Shown: piece by piece, positions 62,467 to 64,000 of the stretch
Layout: each line of letters opens with the position of its first letter
Numbering within the stretch: position 1 is the stretch's first letter
NCBI GenBank assembly: GCA_030704615.1
Contig: CM060734.1
Span: 37,510,001 to 37,574,000, forward strand
Direction of reading: 5' to 3'
Source: Takakia lepidozioides
Lineage: Eukaryota > Plantae > Bryophyta
DNA length: 64,000 nt
Position numbers and translations under genes: made by a program
Notes under the pieces: model-generated
Told to the model about the DNA's origin: nothing
Databases searched by the model: none
What the model saw: the letters and a program-made list of their open reading frames with translations, nothing else

Positions 62467-63313
62467 AACGTAGGGAATGCTACATAACACCATGTTATTT
62501 GGCCTGTTTCTGTGGTGATAGCTTAACACTGTCATTTCAATGTATGTGAAATAAATACTTAACATTGAGTGCTAATTACCATTTTCCTAACATCAACTTG
62601 TCTCCTCCCCAATCTCATGTTAGCTACCACCGGCAGGTGTGGATCCAAAGTGATTTTTTTTTTTAATAACTTCCTTTTAACATTGAGTTAACTCCAGGTG
62701 TGGCCGGAGCTTCAGATCTGCAATTTGCCAGTTTTTGGGTTGCATCCCAACTCAGGCTGTTATGGCCGGAGCAGGTAGCCCTTTCCGGCGGGGGGGTTTG
62801 TGGGGCCACGTCACAAAAACCCCAAAAACGCTGCGGGCCGTCATGAAATCAACTCCAGGCATCGCATTATTCCACGGGGTGGAATCCCACGCCCCCACAT
62901 GCTGCACGTTAGCAACCAGTGTTGTTTTTTGACAGGTAGCCCTACCTTTTTTGTGACAGGTTAAACTTTTTTTTGACTTTCAACACAATTTTGTCAGATG
63001 AAATTGAAACAAAAAATGAAAGAAGTGTGAACTAAAAAAAAAACACTAAAATAAAATAAAATATGAACTTCTTACAACTACAATTAGTGAAGCTCCAGTC
63101 GATGAATACATATGGTATTGTCTTTACTATTTTCCTGGGTTCCAACCCAAACATGTAGCATTTGTACCACTTATTCTCTAACTATAAGACTTTAGCATTT
63201 TTAACCTCTTCATACGTAGTCCCAAGCCTCTCTTCTTTGAGAGATATTCTCTTGGCTTATCAATGAGCTAGGAATACAATATGCCAGTTGATTGTAAGTT
63301 AAGATTTTGAGTC

Positions 63314-63610
63314 ATGCAGGAGCAGTGGTTTGAATATGGCACCTCCTCCACAACAAATGCTTTTGAAACAGGATCAAGAGAGGGACTCAAGAAGAATTTT
63401 TGTGGCATTGTTGTGGCTGTGGGTACACCATGTAAGGGAGAACAAGTCAAACATGCACTACACGATTTGAACCAGCAATTCATTTTGGCCACCTGACTCC
63501 AGTACTTAATTGTGCATTTTACAAGGGTGTATCAAGAGTAAAGACCTAGAAACAAGAAAGCAAGTGCATTCCCACATTATCCAAAATGGATATTTTCAAA
63601 TATCCGTCTA
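63314..63610 (+). pseudogene. 5' fragment of a PPR gene paralogous to 49785-51533
   Basis: AVGTPCKGEQVKHALHDLNQQFILA / CILQGCIKSKDLETRKQVHSHIIQNG vs AVRTLCKTGQLKEALQILNQRVILA..CLLQECIKMKGLAEGKQVHAHIIQSG; stop and frameshift. Confidence 0.8.
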
Positions 63611-64000
63611 CTCAACACCCTGTCTCAAAAAAAAAAAAACTAAGAATGGAGGCTGGAGCACGCACATGAAACAAAGAGAAGAGCCTAAGTAAGCTTAGAG
63701 GTTTAAGGCTTGAAACACAAAGAAGGACATCAGACAGTCAGCGTTTTTTTATAGGCGAATTTTCTCCAGATTTCGACCTCAAAAAATAAAATGGAATATT
63801 CTCTCGAAAGTCCCCTGTTTTTCATAGAGACCCTCACACTTGTCATCGATGTCAACTAAGAAACTCAAAAGCAAGAGAAAGAGATAAGAACATGAGAATC
63901 CCTAAACTCCAAAGGCACCTTAAGCGATTGGGGAAGAGGGTCATGCGCCATCACCACCCGCAACAAGCCGCCTCCACAAAGCACATAAGCAATGAAGCAA

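Overview
Repeat-rich eukaryotic nuclear DNA, most likely a non-seed land plant (PLS-class PPR gene, spliceosomal introns); the species cannot be determined from the sequence. There are two host genes: a plant-type L-asparaginase (-, 39476 to the N gap) and a PLS-PPR gene (-, 51533-49785) whose E+/DYW tail has decayed. Most of the rest is nested transposons. (1) A Mutator-like DNA element (2929-13411) carries a GCM-like/DDE/SWIM transposase and a divergent spliced gene with a ParB/Srx-type motif (DGNHRLLA). Between them lies an array of about 30 palindromes (GGAAATGCGGTACCGCATTTCC) at a 53-bp pitch, with single copies in two introns and near the terminus; this is a candidate ParB/parS-like or VANC-like self-recognition system. 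(2) Two copies of a very long Dualen/RandI-type LINE (13412-29313, -; 39954-48564, +, with a 10-bp TSD) encode 2A-like peptides, APE, RT, an aromatic-cage chromodomain, a PCIF1/Dam-like methyltransferase-like domain, RNase H, CCHC and REL, and end in a strongly structured 3' UTR. (3) A chromovirus integrase plus LTR fragment. (4) A 4.2-kb tandem and inverted amplicon joining the LINE 5' end to Helitron-type RPA and OTU-Myb genes. (5) MITEs, a foldback element, a truncated LINE with a 20-bp TSD and a CACTA end. All domain calls are from manual motif reading; no searches were run.
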